Positions 1-10,728 of a DNA stretch of 64,000 nt are shown in pieces. The DNA comes from Trichosphaerium sp. ATCC 40318. Taxonomy: Eukaryota > Protista > Tubulinea. A program made the translations under genes and the position numbers. Each line of letters begins with the position of its first letter. Position 1 is the first letter of the stretch. The stretch covers positions 1-64,000 of the forward strand of contig JALMLS010000340.1 of assembly GCA_038496445.1 (NCBI GenBank). The letters are read 5' to 3'. The notes below the pieces were generated by a model, which worked only from the letters and a program-made list of their open reading frames with translations, was not told the origin of the DNA and did no database searches.

Positions 1-420
1 ATAGTGAAATATCCAAGTATATGAAGCTGTGATAAGTGTATCATCAACAAACAGGATTTGTGTTAGAAAAAGAAGAGTGGCTGTAGCTCCTGCCACATCA
101 TTGCACTGATTGATCATGCAGTTGAAAGGCTCAAGCATAAGGGCAAATAGGGTAGGAGAGAGTGGGTTACCTTGTTCTGTACCATGTTCAACTTTGAATG
201 TTTTGTTGGAGACAACCTCATTAATCCTAACAGCAACTTGAAGCTGCCCAACAATGGCCTTAAAAGAGAGATGAAGGTGGATGAGAATTAATATGAGCAC
301 ATTGTGCACAGCCATAAAACGCCTTTTTGTGGGCAAAGAGAGAATGGAGACCAAAATTTTGATGAGCTTCAACTATTTCCAGAGCTATACCAAAGAGAAG
401 TGTATCATGAGCAATAAATG
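1..420 (-). pseudogene. Degenerate non-LTR (LINE/L1-like) retrotransposon reverse transcriptase fragment, running off the window start
   Basis: Minus-strand translation of ~258-1 gives VAVRINEVVSNKTFKVEHGTEQGNPLSPTLFALMLEPF...QILFVDDTLI, matching the RT GxxQGxPLSP and (Y/F)xDD motifs. The upstream ORF 260-523 has FAHKKAFY, a decayed DxxKAFD. The two parts are separated by a stop/frameshift. Confidence 0.85.
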
Positions 421-619
421 TACTAAAAAAGGCAAAAAAAAAAAAAAAAAGTACTAAAAAAGGCAATAGACTAAGAATGATACCAATTGGACAATTGGTC
501 ACAAAACAGTGTTTCCCACACATGAAATAACACTACAGGAAGGTTACATTCATAAATCATGTTTTAAAAAGTACCTAACCCACACCTAAAAAAAACTAAC
601 AATATTTTTGAAACTCTTA

Positions 620-2547
620 CAGGGCTGAAACTGAAACAAGGCATTTTTAGACAATGTCTAGGCATTTTCATCCAAATAATGCCTTATTTTTTACAAAAAT
701 GCCTAGTTTTTGCCTCATTCAAAAAGGCAAATACAGGGCAATGCCTTATTTTTTGCTCCAAAAATGCCTTACAGTGGTGGAATCGGACAGAACGCGAATT
801 GCACGTTTTGGGCACGTTTTGGGCACGTTTATTTTCCACGCAAAAGACACGTTTTGGACACGTTTTGGGCACGTTTTTTTTCCACGCAAAAGGCACGTTT
901 CTCTTCCACATGCTGGCCACGCAAATCACACGTTTTGGACACGTTTTGGGCACGTTTATTATCTACGTTTTGGGCACGTTTTAGGCACGTTTATTTTCCA
1001 CATTTTGGGCACATTTTGGGCACGCATATTTGCCACGCATATCACACGTTTTGGGCACGCATAAAACACCACTTTATAGAGGAAAAGAAAATAACAGTTT
1101 ATTACGATACATAACACATAACGATTACAAAGAGGTTTGGTACAATTATTACAAACTTTACATAAAACTATCCCCACATAAACAATACCCAGTTTATATC
1201 AACCAACTTCATGTTTTTGCCATTTTACCTGCTTTTTTCGCCAATCCTGCCTTATCGTAAATACTTAAGCAAGAACTTACCTAATTAGGCAAAAAATCTC
1301 AAATCCAATAATCGTCTTTAAAAAGGGGTTTAATGGAGTTATTGAGCCATAATATCCTTAATCTACCCTAAATATCTATTTTCTATCGTTTTTGCCTTAA
1401 AAAGGGGCACCGAACCCCAAACCACCACGAAACCATGCATCGTACCTAATAGTGGGCCATACTTCGTTTTTTAAAGGATTCGTACTAGTAGACCTGAGTT
1501 ATTCACGAAAAATAGGAAAATCAAGAAATTGTTGGTTTTTGGGTATTTTTAGATTTTTTCGCCTACTTTTAAAGCCATGCCAATACAAACCTAACTACTG
1601 CTTACTTGGGTGAAAATACATGTTTTATTGTTGATGATTGGAGGCGATCGGCTTTGGGGTGAGATGGTTGAGTTTTGAGTTTGTCAATTTTTTTATTTTG
1701 AATTTTTCTCCAAATTTCTATTAAGGACAGGTCATGGTTAAAACACGCAAATGGCATGTTTTGGGCATGTTTATTGCAAATATACAACACGCAAATGGCA
1801 CGTTTTGGGCACGTTTTGGGCACGTTTATTTTCCACGCAAATGGCACGTTTTAAGCACGCGTATTTTGTCCGATTCCACCACTGTATATTTGATGAAAAA
1901 TGCTTGCATCTGGTACACAAGATTGCAATGGTTTTGTCTGCATATTTTAAAAAATTATGCCTTCAAATTAAGGCATAACTCATGCATCAATGCCTTATTT
2001 TGGAGACAAAAAGAAAACAATATCATAATTTACAGTGCCTAATAAACCAAGGCATTTTCAGGTAATAACACAACTATTTATTTTAGAATACAGTACACAT
2101 ACAATACACAAAACTCCTAAGTCCACATTTGAAAAAAACCTTAAAGAAAATATGAGATGGTGAAAAAAAAAAAAAAAAAACTTACCTTGTAGTGTTAGAA
2201 TTCCGCGGTCCTGGAAATATCGCAAAGCTCACTCCTACTACTATTGTCGTTGAAATAGGGTGCTGCAGTTCGTTTGGGGGTGGTTTCGTCTAATTTCATG
2301 AATTACTAAAAGCGCTAAGTGCCTGTCTATATAAAACGTCAGTAGGTGATGTGAAAAAAAAAAGTGTTAAAGTTGTTTGACTGTTACTTACCTTAAACCA
2401 CTTCCTTAATGTGATCAGTCCCTATGATATAGTATAAGCAATGTTTTATATATGAATTAAAATACAAGGCATATAATGTTTAGAAAAATAAAGCATAATA
2501 AAGGCATAAAGTACTTGCAATACATGGCATTACTTGATTTATGCAAT
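620..2547. repeat. AT-rich region with dispersed AAGGCA/TGCCTT motifs in both orientations; probable older non-autonomous element interrupted by TIR element copy 1
   Basis: aaggcatttt/aatgcctta-type motifs recur at ~637-771, ~1958-2058 and ~2466-2510, i.e. on both sides of the 772-1884 insertion. The region starts with CAGGGCTG. Boundaries are uncertain. Confidence 0.45.
772..1884 (+). mobile_element. Non-autonomous TIR DNA transposon (MITE-like), copy 1, 1113 bp
   Basis: 18-bp perfect TIR CAGTGGTGGAATCGGACA...TGTCCGATTCCACCACTG with TA on both flanks. Subterminal arrays of the 11-mer TTTTGGGCACG. No coding capacity. Confidence 0.9.
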
Positions 2548-3553
2548 CAGTGGTGGAATCAGACAGAAGGCGAATGGCCTGTTTTGGGCATGTTTTGGGC
2601 ACGTTTATTTTCCACACAAAAGACACGTTTTGGACATGTTTTGGGCACGTTTTAGGCACATTTATTTTCCACGTTTTGGGCACATTTTGGGCACACATAT
2701 TTGCCACACATATCGCACGTTTTGGGCATGCATAAAACACCACTTTATAAAGGAAAAGAAAATAACAATTTATTACGATACATAACACATAACGATTACA
2801 AAGAGGTTTGGTACAATTATTACAAACTTTACATAAAACTATCCCCACACAAACGATACCCAGTTTATATCAACCAACTTCATGTTTTTGCCATTTTACC
2901 TGCTTTTTCACCAATCCTGCCTTATCGTAAATACTTAAGCAAGAACTTACCTAATTAGGCAAAAAATCTCAAATCCAATAATCATCTTTAAAAAGGGGTT
3001 TAATGGAGTTATTGAGCCATAATATCCTTAAACTACCCTAAATACCTATTTTCTATCGTTTTTGCCTTAAAAAGAGGCACCGAACCCCAAACCACCACGA
3101 AACCATGCATCGTACCTAATAGTGGGCCATACTTCGTTTTTTAAAGGATTCATACTAGTAGACCTGAGTTATTCACGAAAAATAGGAAAATCAAGAAATT
3201 GTTGGTTTTTGGGTATTTTTAGATTTTTTCGCCTACTTTTAGAGCCATGCAGATACAAACCTAACTACTGCTTACTTGGGTGAAAATACATGTTTTATTG
3301 TTGACGATTGGAGGTGATCGGCTTTGGGGTGAGATGGTTGAGTTTTGAGTTTGTCAATTTTTTTATTTTGAATTTGTCTCCAAATTTTATTAAAGACAGG
3401 TCATGGTTAAAACATGCAAATGACACGTTTTGGGCACGTTTATTGCAAATATACAACACGCAAATGGCACGTTTTGGGCACATTTTGGGCACATTTATTT
3501 TCCATGCAAATGGCACGTTTTAGGCACATGTATTTTGTCCGATTCCACCACTG
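2548..3553 (+). mobile_element. Same TIR element, copy 2 (1006 bp, fewer subterminal repeats, many CpG transitions)
   Basis: CAGTGGTGGAATCAGACA at 2548 and TGTCCGATTCCACCACTG ending at 3553. The core is near-identical to copy 1. Flanks (AT / TA) do not form a TSD. Confidence 0.9.
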
Positions 3554-3856
3554 TAATGTAAACATTTTTGTGGATGGTTGTGGTGGCAGAGACTTTTGAC
3601 TTTTGTATGCATTGTGTAGACTTGGATGTTAGGGTATGTAAGACAGTTTTTACACTTTTTAATTGATGTCAATTGTTAATATTTTCTCATTTTTATACAG
3701 AAAGCTAATAAAAGAAGACTATTAATTGTTTGGTAGCCTCTGCTACATTGTTCAATGGATTAAATTGAAAACAAAGTGATCAAGGTGCATGGTATCATGT
3801 GAAACTGATTTAAACTATGTACCAAAATATGTCAAACCAAAGTTGAGCAGTTAACT

Positions 3857-4383
3857 TTGATGGAGGATGAAGCCATGCTCACTGGTCTTAACAAAGTATA
3901 TGCTTTAACAGGACAAGGTGCATGTATTGAATTTGGTGAACAACACTCTAGACCTCAACAGATGGGCATCCAAGTCACCACTGCAACTTTTATTTGTTCA
4001 AAAACACACAACATTATTGTTCAAGGTCATGCTGATGCTGCTATCAGCAAAGCCTATAACTGCCTTAACAAAGAAAAAGCTTTTAAAAATCATGGTATGT
4101 GGTATTTGGCATCAAACTTAACCAAGATAGATCATTTAGTCAATGATGAATCCAGTGGAGCTGTTAAGTCAATAGGTGACATTATTGAAGCTATTCCTAG
4201 ACATGGTGGCTTACAACATCATTATGACATTTGGCATAAACAACAAAAAGTAATTAAAAAATTTAAAGCATTTAGGAATCAATGTTGGAAAGCATGCGAA
4301 AACTACTTACGAACTGCAAATTGTGAAAGCTTTCATGCTGTGGCAAACATGTATTGTCCAAAAGGAATGGATCAAATGTTTAA
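3857..4383 (+). pseudogene. Decayed DDE transposase (Kolobok/Mutator-like PF20700-type), interrupted at the TTAA 4380-4383
   Basis: The ORF contains HLVNDESS...HHYDIWHKQQKVIKK and RTANCESFHAVANMYCPKG, resembling the TD...DxWH and TxxxExFHxxxxxYxPK motifs. An apparent continuation CRKSLATLE* follows 7806. Confidence 0.65.
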
Positions 4384-4483
4384 GGGTCCAGGTCTAAGTT
4401 TAAAAAAAAAAACACTTAATAAAGTTACTTAAGAGAACTGCAGCAATTTAATTAATAACTAAAACAGGTTAAAATCATGTGAC

Positions 4484-5735
4484 ATGAGTACAAAGTGGAG
4501 TACAGATCCAAAAAGCCATAATTATTGCACAATTTGTGGAAAGTCACCCTATTCTACTGGTCACATCAAACAACTGTTTTTCAACCAACCAAACAAACAC
4601 AAGGGTACTTTTAATTGTAAGGAGGCCCAACTTCCAAGAAAACCACAAATGAAAACAATGAATATACCTAACAAAGCACAGAATAGACATAGCAATCAAC
4701 TCATAGTGGCAACAGATATCTTTTTAGCTATGCTCAAAAAAATCCCATGTAAAAAGTGTAAAGGGCTAAACTTCAAAAATATCAAGTCAAAAAAAATGGT
4801 ATTGTAACAATAGTCTCGAATGTTCGTTATGTGGGACGACATGAAACAATGCAACACATTCGCTTGAAAGATATTCAGCTCCCAGTGGCAAAGAATATTT
4901 CAAAGTCAATGTACAAGCAACTACAGCAGTGTTATTAGCCAAAGTAAGCATTAAAAAACTTGAAAACATTTTAAAAATGATGGATTTACCATGTATACCC
5001 AAAACACAAGCAGCAGAAATATCAGCATTTGTTTGGCCAGCAGTATTTGAGGTGTGTCAAGAAGAATTAGAGGTTAGAATGAGAGAGCATAATTGAAAAA
5101 AAAAAAAACTCCTTTGGCGGATGGTCTAACAGAGCTTACAATAAAGCATCTCACAGAGTTACTTTTGGTGTGTTAATTAAATTTGTTTATATTTAATATG
5201 TTGTAGGGTATACAACAAAAATAAAAAGATAGTATATTTATTGTGATGTAAAAAGTAAAAGTAACAGTAAAATTTAAAACAACAGCACACACTTACCCTG
5301 GTAATCATTCTGGCTCATCGAAAGGAATGAAAGGAGCTTCCAATAGAGACATGGCCAAAGATCTGAATGATACTGGATTCCTGCCATTTATATCTGCAGT
5401 TGTTTTGAATGGAGATTCTTCTGCTAATTCTATATGGAGTACATACAACAAAGTGATTTATCAAGATCCAAGTCATTTTAAAAAAGCATTAAAAAAAAAA
5501 CTTGGAAAAGTGTTTTTATAATACTACATAGATGTATAATGATCAATGTGCACTGAAATTAGTGTGTAAGCATGCTTTACATACAGTAACTTGAGCAAAA
5601 AGATTATCATTATGTAAAAAAAATCCCTTTGCAGTCCTTGGAGAGCTTCCTACAGAAAAAACAAAACTGCAAGTGACATTGCAAAGTTTGTATACAGAGA
5701 CACTTGTACATACTTGAAATTCTTGGTTCTATGTT
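4484..5735 (+). pseudogene. Frameshifted transposase of the Kolobok-type element
   Basis: Pieces: IPCKKC (Zn knuckle); EYFKVNVQATTAVLL...MMDLP; SFGGWSNRAYN (decayed DGxWxxRG); NHSGSSKGMKGAS; VVLNGDSSA (decayed DGDS); QDPSHFKKAL. Multiple stops and frameshifts. Confidence 0.75.
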
Positions 5736-6819
5736 CAGTGGTGGAATCAGACAAAATACGCATGCCTAAAACGTGCCATTTGCGTGGAAAATAAACGTGC
5801 CCAAAACGTGTCCAAAACGTGCCCAAAACGTGCCATACGCGTGTTGTATATTTGCAATAAACGTGCCCAAAACGTGCCATTTGCGTGTTTTAACCATGAC
5901 CTGTCCTTAATAGAAATTTGGAGAAAAATTCAAAATAAAAAAATTGACAAACTCAAAACTCAACCATCTCACCCCAAAGCCGATCACCTCCAATCGTCAA
6001 CAATAAAACATGTATTTTCACCCAAGTAAGCAGTAGTTAGGTTTGTATCTGCATGGCTCTAAAAGTAGGCGAAAAAATCTAAAAATACCCAAAAACCAAC
6101 AATTTCTTGATTTTCCTATTTTTCGTGAATAACTCAGGTCTACTAGTACGAATCCTTTAAAAAACGAAGTATGGCCCACTATTAGGTACGATGCATGGTT
6201 TCGTGGTGGTTTGGGGTTCGGTGCCCCTTTTTAAGGCAAAAACGATAGAAAATAGGTATTTAGGGTAGTTTAAGGATATTATGGCTCAATAACTCCATTA
6301 AACCCCTTTTTAAAGATGATTATTGGATTTGAGATTTTTTGCCTAATTAGGTAAGTTCTTGCTTAAGTATTTACGATAAGGCACGATTGGCAAAAAAAGC
6401 AGGTAAAACGGCAAAAACATGAAGTTGGTTGATATAAACTGGGTATCGTTTGTGTGGGAATAGTTTTATGTAAAGTTTGTAATAATTGTACCAAACCTCT
6501 TTGTAATCGTTATGTGTTATGTATCGTAATAAACTGTTATTTTCTTTTCCTCTATAAAGTGGTGTTTTATGTGTGCCCAAAACGTGTGATATGCGTGCCC
6601 AAAACGTGCCCAAAACGTGGAAAATAAACGTGCCTAAAACGTGCCCAAAACGTAGATAATAAACGTGCCCAAAACGTGCCCAAAACGTGCCATACGCGTG
6701 TTGTATATTTGCAATAAACGTGCCCAAAACGTAGATAATAAACGTGCCCAAAACGTGTCCAAAACGTGCGATTTGCGTGGCCAGCATGTGGAAGAGAAAC
6801 GTGCCTTTTGCGTGGAAAA
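5736..6819 (-). mobile_element. Same TIR element, copy 3, inverted and truncated (lacks the left TIR and ~110 bp)
   Basis: Starts CAGTGGTGGAATCAGACAAAATACG, the reverse complement of the copy 1 right end. The core matches copy 1, and similarity stops after ...GTGCCTTTTGCGTGGAAAA. Confidence 0.9.
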
Positions 6820-7579
6820 CGGATTTATGAGAAGCTGAATCTTACTTTATCAAACCGAGTACAATCTGTCTGTGATGTTAACAATAAAGCAAAACAACAA
6901 GATAAAAAGTGAAAGCAAAGTCCAGAATGTAAGGCAAAAAAAGTCCATAAGCAAAGGAAAAGACAAAAAAGGGAACATACTCATGCTTCTATCTCTCAAA
7001 CCAATTGTGATTGATACAAAAAAGCATCAAAGAAAAAAAAAGCAGCTTTGGATAGCTATGATGATTTACAAGAAGTGTTAAATGTCGACAAAGTGACAGT
7101 TGTTGCTTTGTGGCACTATCTAAAGGCCCAAAAAATGGCTGTTGGTAGAAACAAGTCAGTTCTTGCTGAACATATTCACAGCCTTTTTGTAAAAATGTCT
7201 TAAAACAACATACAGGATGTTAACAATGCTGTATAAATAAAAATGAGAGAGATATACACACATGATTTGAATTTGTGATTGAAAAAAAAAAAAAGTATTT
7301 TGCTCACCTGACAAATGCGGTACACTGTGGTATGTCAAAAGTTGGAATATGCAATAAAATATTGTGCTCATATCTACCAGACCTGTGAGCACTTGGTAGG
7401 TTTTGGTAGGATTGAGATTTACTAAATTTTGGTTTTTTTTTCCAAAACAGCCAAATATTGTATGATTTATGTGCCTCAGCTTGTAGCCAGACGAACATCA
7501 TGACCACCACCAAAGTACAGCACATGTCAAGGGGTTAAAAGTGAACAAGAAGAAAAACAAAAAAGGCAACACTGCACTA

Positions 7580-7788
7580 CAGTAGTAAAATCGGAAGTAC
7601 GTGTGAAGTATGTATATTGTACATGTGAAAAAGTACATGACACGTACATATATTGTACATGTCAAAATACATGCCATGTACATATGTCATCTGTGTGAAA
7701 AGTACATGGCACGTACATATATTGTACGTGTGAAAAGTACGTGCCACATATGTATATTGTATGTGTGAAAATCCCGATTTCACTACTG
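7580..7788. mobile_element. 209-bp MITE with TA TSD and internal ~36-bp degenerate tandem repeats
   Basis: TA|CAGTAGTAAAATCGG...CCGATTTCACTACTG|TA. Interior repeats of GTACATATATTGTAC(A/G)TGTGAAAAGTACATG. Confidence 0.8.
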
Positions 7789-8906
7789 TAAAACCCGGAC
7801 CCTTAATGTAGTGTTGTAGAAAGTCTTTGGCTACATTGGAATAGTGCTTTGGACTCACTTAAAAAAGTTATGCAGACTTATTTTTTGTAAAAAATTGAGC
7901 TTCACAACAACCACAGAAAAAAAAATTGCCTTTAGATTACCAACAGCAATACTAATTGACACCATGTGATGTCAATTTTATTGCAATGTGTAATTTCTGG
8001 TATTCCAAACACAATATCCTCAGCCCTGAGGCGAAACTGAGTTATAGGTGGTAGAGGTATGTTACTGAACATTGCCACAATAAACCAAAAGTTGCATCAA
8101 ATTAAAAAATATTCAAAAATGAAAAAGAAAATTGTTGAAAATTATCAATCTGTCATTAATTGTTTGAATGGCATTTAGAACTGCGCGCCGAGCATGTTTA
8201 AGGCTCTCAAGTACACGCAATAGCGGCATTACAGTACAGAAATTACGTCCAAGCAAAAAAAATAAACCCACAAGCCACACACGCATAAAGAATGGTGGAG
8301 CAGCCACACAGTTCGCTCAGCAAATCGCTTGGTGCGCTGAGTTCCGATCTAAGCAATCTTACGTTTTTAGGCGGAGTAATACGCCACACGGGTTCAGAAA
8401 CGGCCTTGGCTTGCCGACACTGGCACTTTTAGGGTTAATCACATTATTCGGTACGCATTCTCACTTAGGCAGCCACTGAGCAACGTTAGATGATGGCAGT
8501 TAACATTTGGCACAACGACTAAAGACGGGTTTATTGTAAAAAAAAAACAGGAGCACTTTGAAAACAGAACAAGGACACCATTGCATAATTATAATATAAT
8601 AAAGGATTTACTACAAGTACAAAGATTGGTTAAAAAATAGTCGGTCTGAATGGCCAACAGACAGACTAGAACCGGCCAGCGAGTATTAAACAACTCGCCT
8701 ATAATCAAAAATGGGAGGGTGGTTGTAATGCCAATTAAAAACGTGGAGGAGTCGAAAGGAGAGGGTACACAGCTGTTACTTGCTGAGTGTGTTCAAGTAT
8801 GAGATGGCATGCTAGATACAGCGGGTTGCAATTGCGTACACACCGGCCACTGAGCCTAGCGAGACCCTACACCCCCAACCCCACCACTATTTCGGCATTG
8901 CTGGCA

Positions 8907-9997
8907 CTAAAAATCGTGCGCGTTCACCTTGAACGTGGTTGTCCATTGGTCCCAAGGCTCTTTGGGTTGATTAGTGGGATTGCTTTTTGACAAGGTGAAT
9001 TTGGCGGTAAATTTCGGCTTCTTGACGGGTTCAGCGCGCTCAACGTCTTTAGACGAGCGTCGCTTTCGTGTTCCCGCATCGAATTGGAACGGAGACGTAG
9101 TGTGTCGCTGCATTGCACCGTTTGGTACGCACTTGCTGACCATAAAAGTGCCAAAGCCCTTGCTATCGTGCCCCTGACGCACTACGCTAGCTCTCTTCAT
9201 GCGATACATATAATCGCGACTGGAATTGGGGGCACTGCAAGATATAACACTATTATTATGTACTGCTTGATTGTCGTAGCGATGCCACTGAGATTGGCCT
9301 AAATATTTAATTAGGGTTACATTCAAACCACTCAACTAAATACAAACTTGACAATTTTGATTTTTTCGCGTTTTTTCGGACAAGGTCGAAATTGCTGTGC
9401 GCTTAGTGTGATTAACAGAAAAGTTGTGTACGCGCTCCAAAACCCTTTTCAATAATTTGTGCAGAACTTACCGCGTTGTTGCTGTTGCTGGTGGTGGATA
9501 TGTTGTTGTTGCGCCATGTTGGATTTTATGAATTCGCGTAATTGTTGGTTCTCTTCACGCAATTTGTTGATTATTTGATCGGAAGATAGTGAAACATCAT
9601 CCGTGGGCTGCATTACCAGCGGCGAAGACGCAGGTGAAGTATCCATAGAGAGACAATTGTCATCAAGTGAAGACGAGAGCCGCAAATCTGTTGGGAGACC
9701 CGTGAGTTGGTTTGTTTGACGAATTTTCGTTAAACCACAGTTTTAGTCAAAAGGACCAAATTTTTGTTTTTCGAATCTTTTGTTTTATTGAAATTGAAAC
9801 GTACTTGGCTCTGTATTTCGTCTGTACTTACTTGGATATTCCGTTGTGCTGCTATCGGGTGAATTGTTTGGTTCCCACCCTTGCTCGACGCCAAAAAATG
9901 AAGGCGCAGACTGCAGTTCGTCCTCTCCAAGGTCAAAGAAATCTGGGTGGTGTAGATCGATGGAGTTATAAAGCCGCTTATCTTCTTTTGTACACAT
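8907..9997 (-). CDS. Hypothetical protein (3 exons; Ser-rich, short coiled coil, Gln/His tract, basic patch)
   Basis: ORFs 9785-9997, 9449-9685 and 8907-9335 join in frame through canonical introns (GTACGT..CAG and GTAAGT..TAG). The start is uncertain. Confidence 0.55.
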
Positions 9998-10728
9998 ACC
10001 AGCGTCCCCACATTTGCTTAGGGCGCCTACTGCCGCGTGTGTTTGGTCAAACCTGGGATGTGTAAGTTTGCCTCCTTTTTTTTGCGTAACTGCAATTTCC
10101 CAAGTGTAGATTAAATTACTTCAAGTGCGTACGTAATCTTGGCAAACGTTTGAAGGGAGGTGGACAAAAAGTTTTTAGATCGTTTTGTGTGTGACTGGTG
10201 ATCAGGAAACCAGTTGTAAGTGACTCGCGAAATTACGTTGTGTGGCAATAATGAAATTGGTGGTATTTTGATTTGCAAAATAAAAGACAACTTAGACCTA
10301 AATTAGATTGACTTATGTCACAATTCGCTCTCGCTACTTTACCTTGGCTTTTATGCGGTTCATTTGGGATGTAATACGGTTTCTCAGCGAAATTTCACTT
10401 ACAATCACAACGTACCATTTTGGAGCTTTTTTCAATATCCACTGACAATTTGCAACCAAACGACCGATTGGCATGTACTGATACAACCGTTGCGCCGTGC
10501 GCACGTGTCACGTTATTCGCAGTTGGCACCTACCCCTGCAAGGTTATGTATTGTCTTTCTGCATGTCTGTCATATGTAGCCCAGCGCTTGCACTGTAAGG
10601 AGAAAAACACAACAAAGACGAAACTGACAAAAACTTCAGTCGCAGCGAAAAAAAAAAGTCTTTGGTTTTCCTTCCTAGCTGTTCTTTAGCACCCCGTAGT
10701 ATCTTGTCCCACAGCTTTGCTTCGAACA

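Larger units (their letters stand above)
4384..7802 (+). mobile_element. Kolobok-type DNA transposon (degenerate) carrying two nested MITE insertions
   Basis: Left end TTAA|GGGTCCAGGT (TTAA 4380-4383); right end ACCCGGACCC|TTAA (TTAA 7803-7806). A short purine-start TIR plus TTAA TSD is the Kolobok signature. There is an internal transposase relic. Confidence 0.75.

Noticed and set aside
800-1060. Repeat array superficially like a CRISPR or a telomeric (TTTTGGG) tract
   Set aside because: The units are 11 bp with irregular non-unique spacers, lie inside TIRs, are far from any cas gene, and always carry CACG.
654-6787. Many overlapping ORFs with RFGHVLGTF / VPKTCPKR repeats
   Set aside because: These are translations of the 11-bp subterminal repeat of the TIR element. 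They are open in several frames on both strands and are not proteins.
620-8028. CAGGGCTGA at 620 and its reverse complement ending at 8028 as TIRs of one large hAT-like element
   Set aside because: Only 9 bp match and the flanks (AACTCTTA / AGGCGAAA) show no TSD; this could be chance.
8113-8500. ORFs 8168-8479 and 8113-8307
   Set aside because: No recognisable motifs or supporting splice structure.
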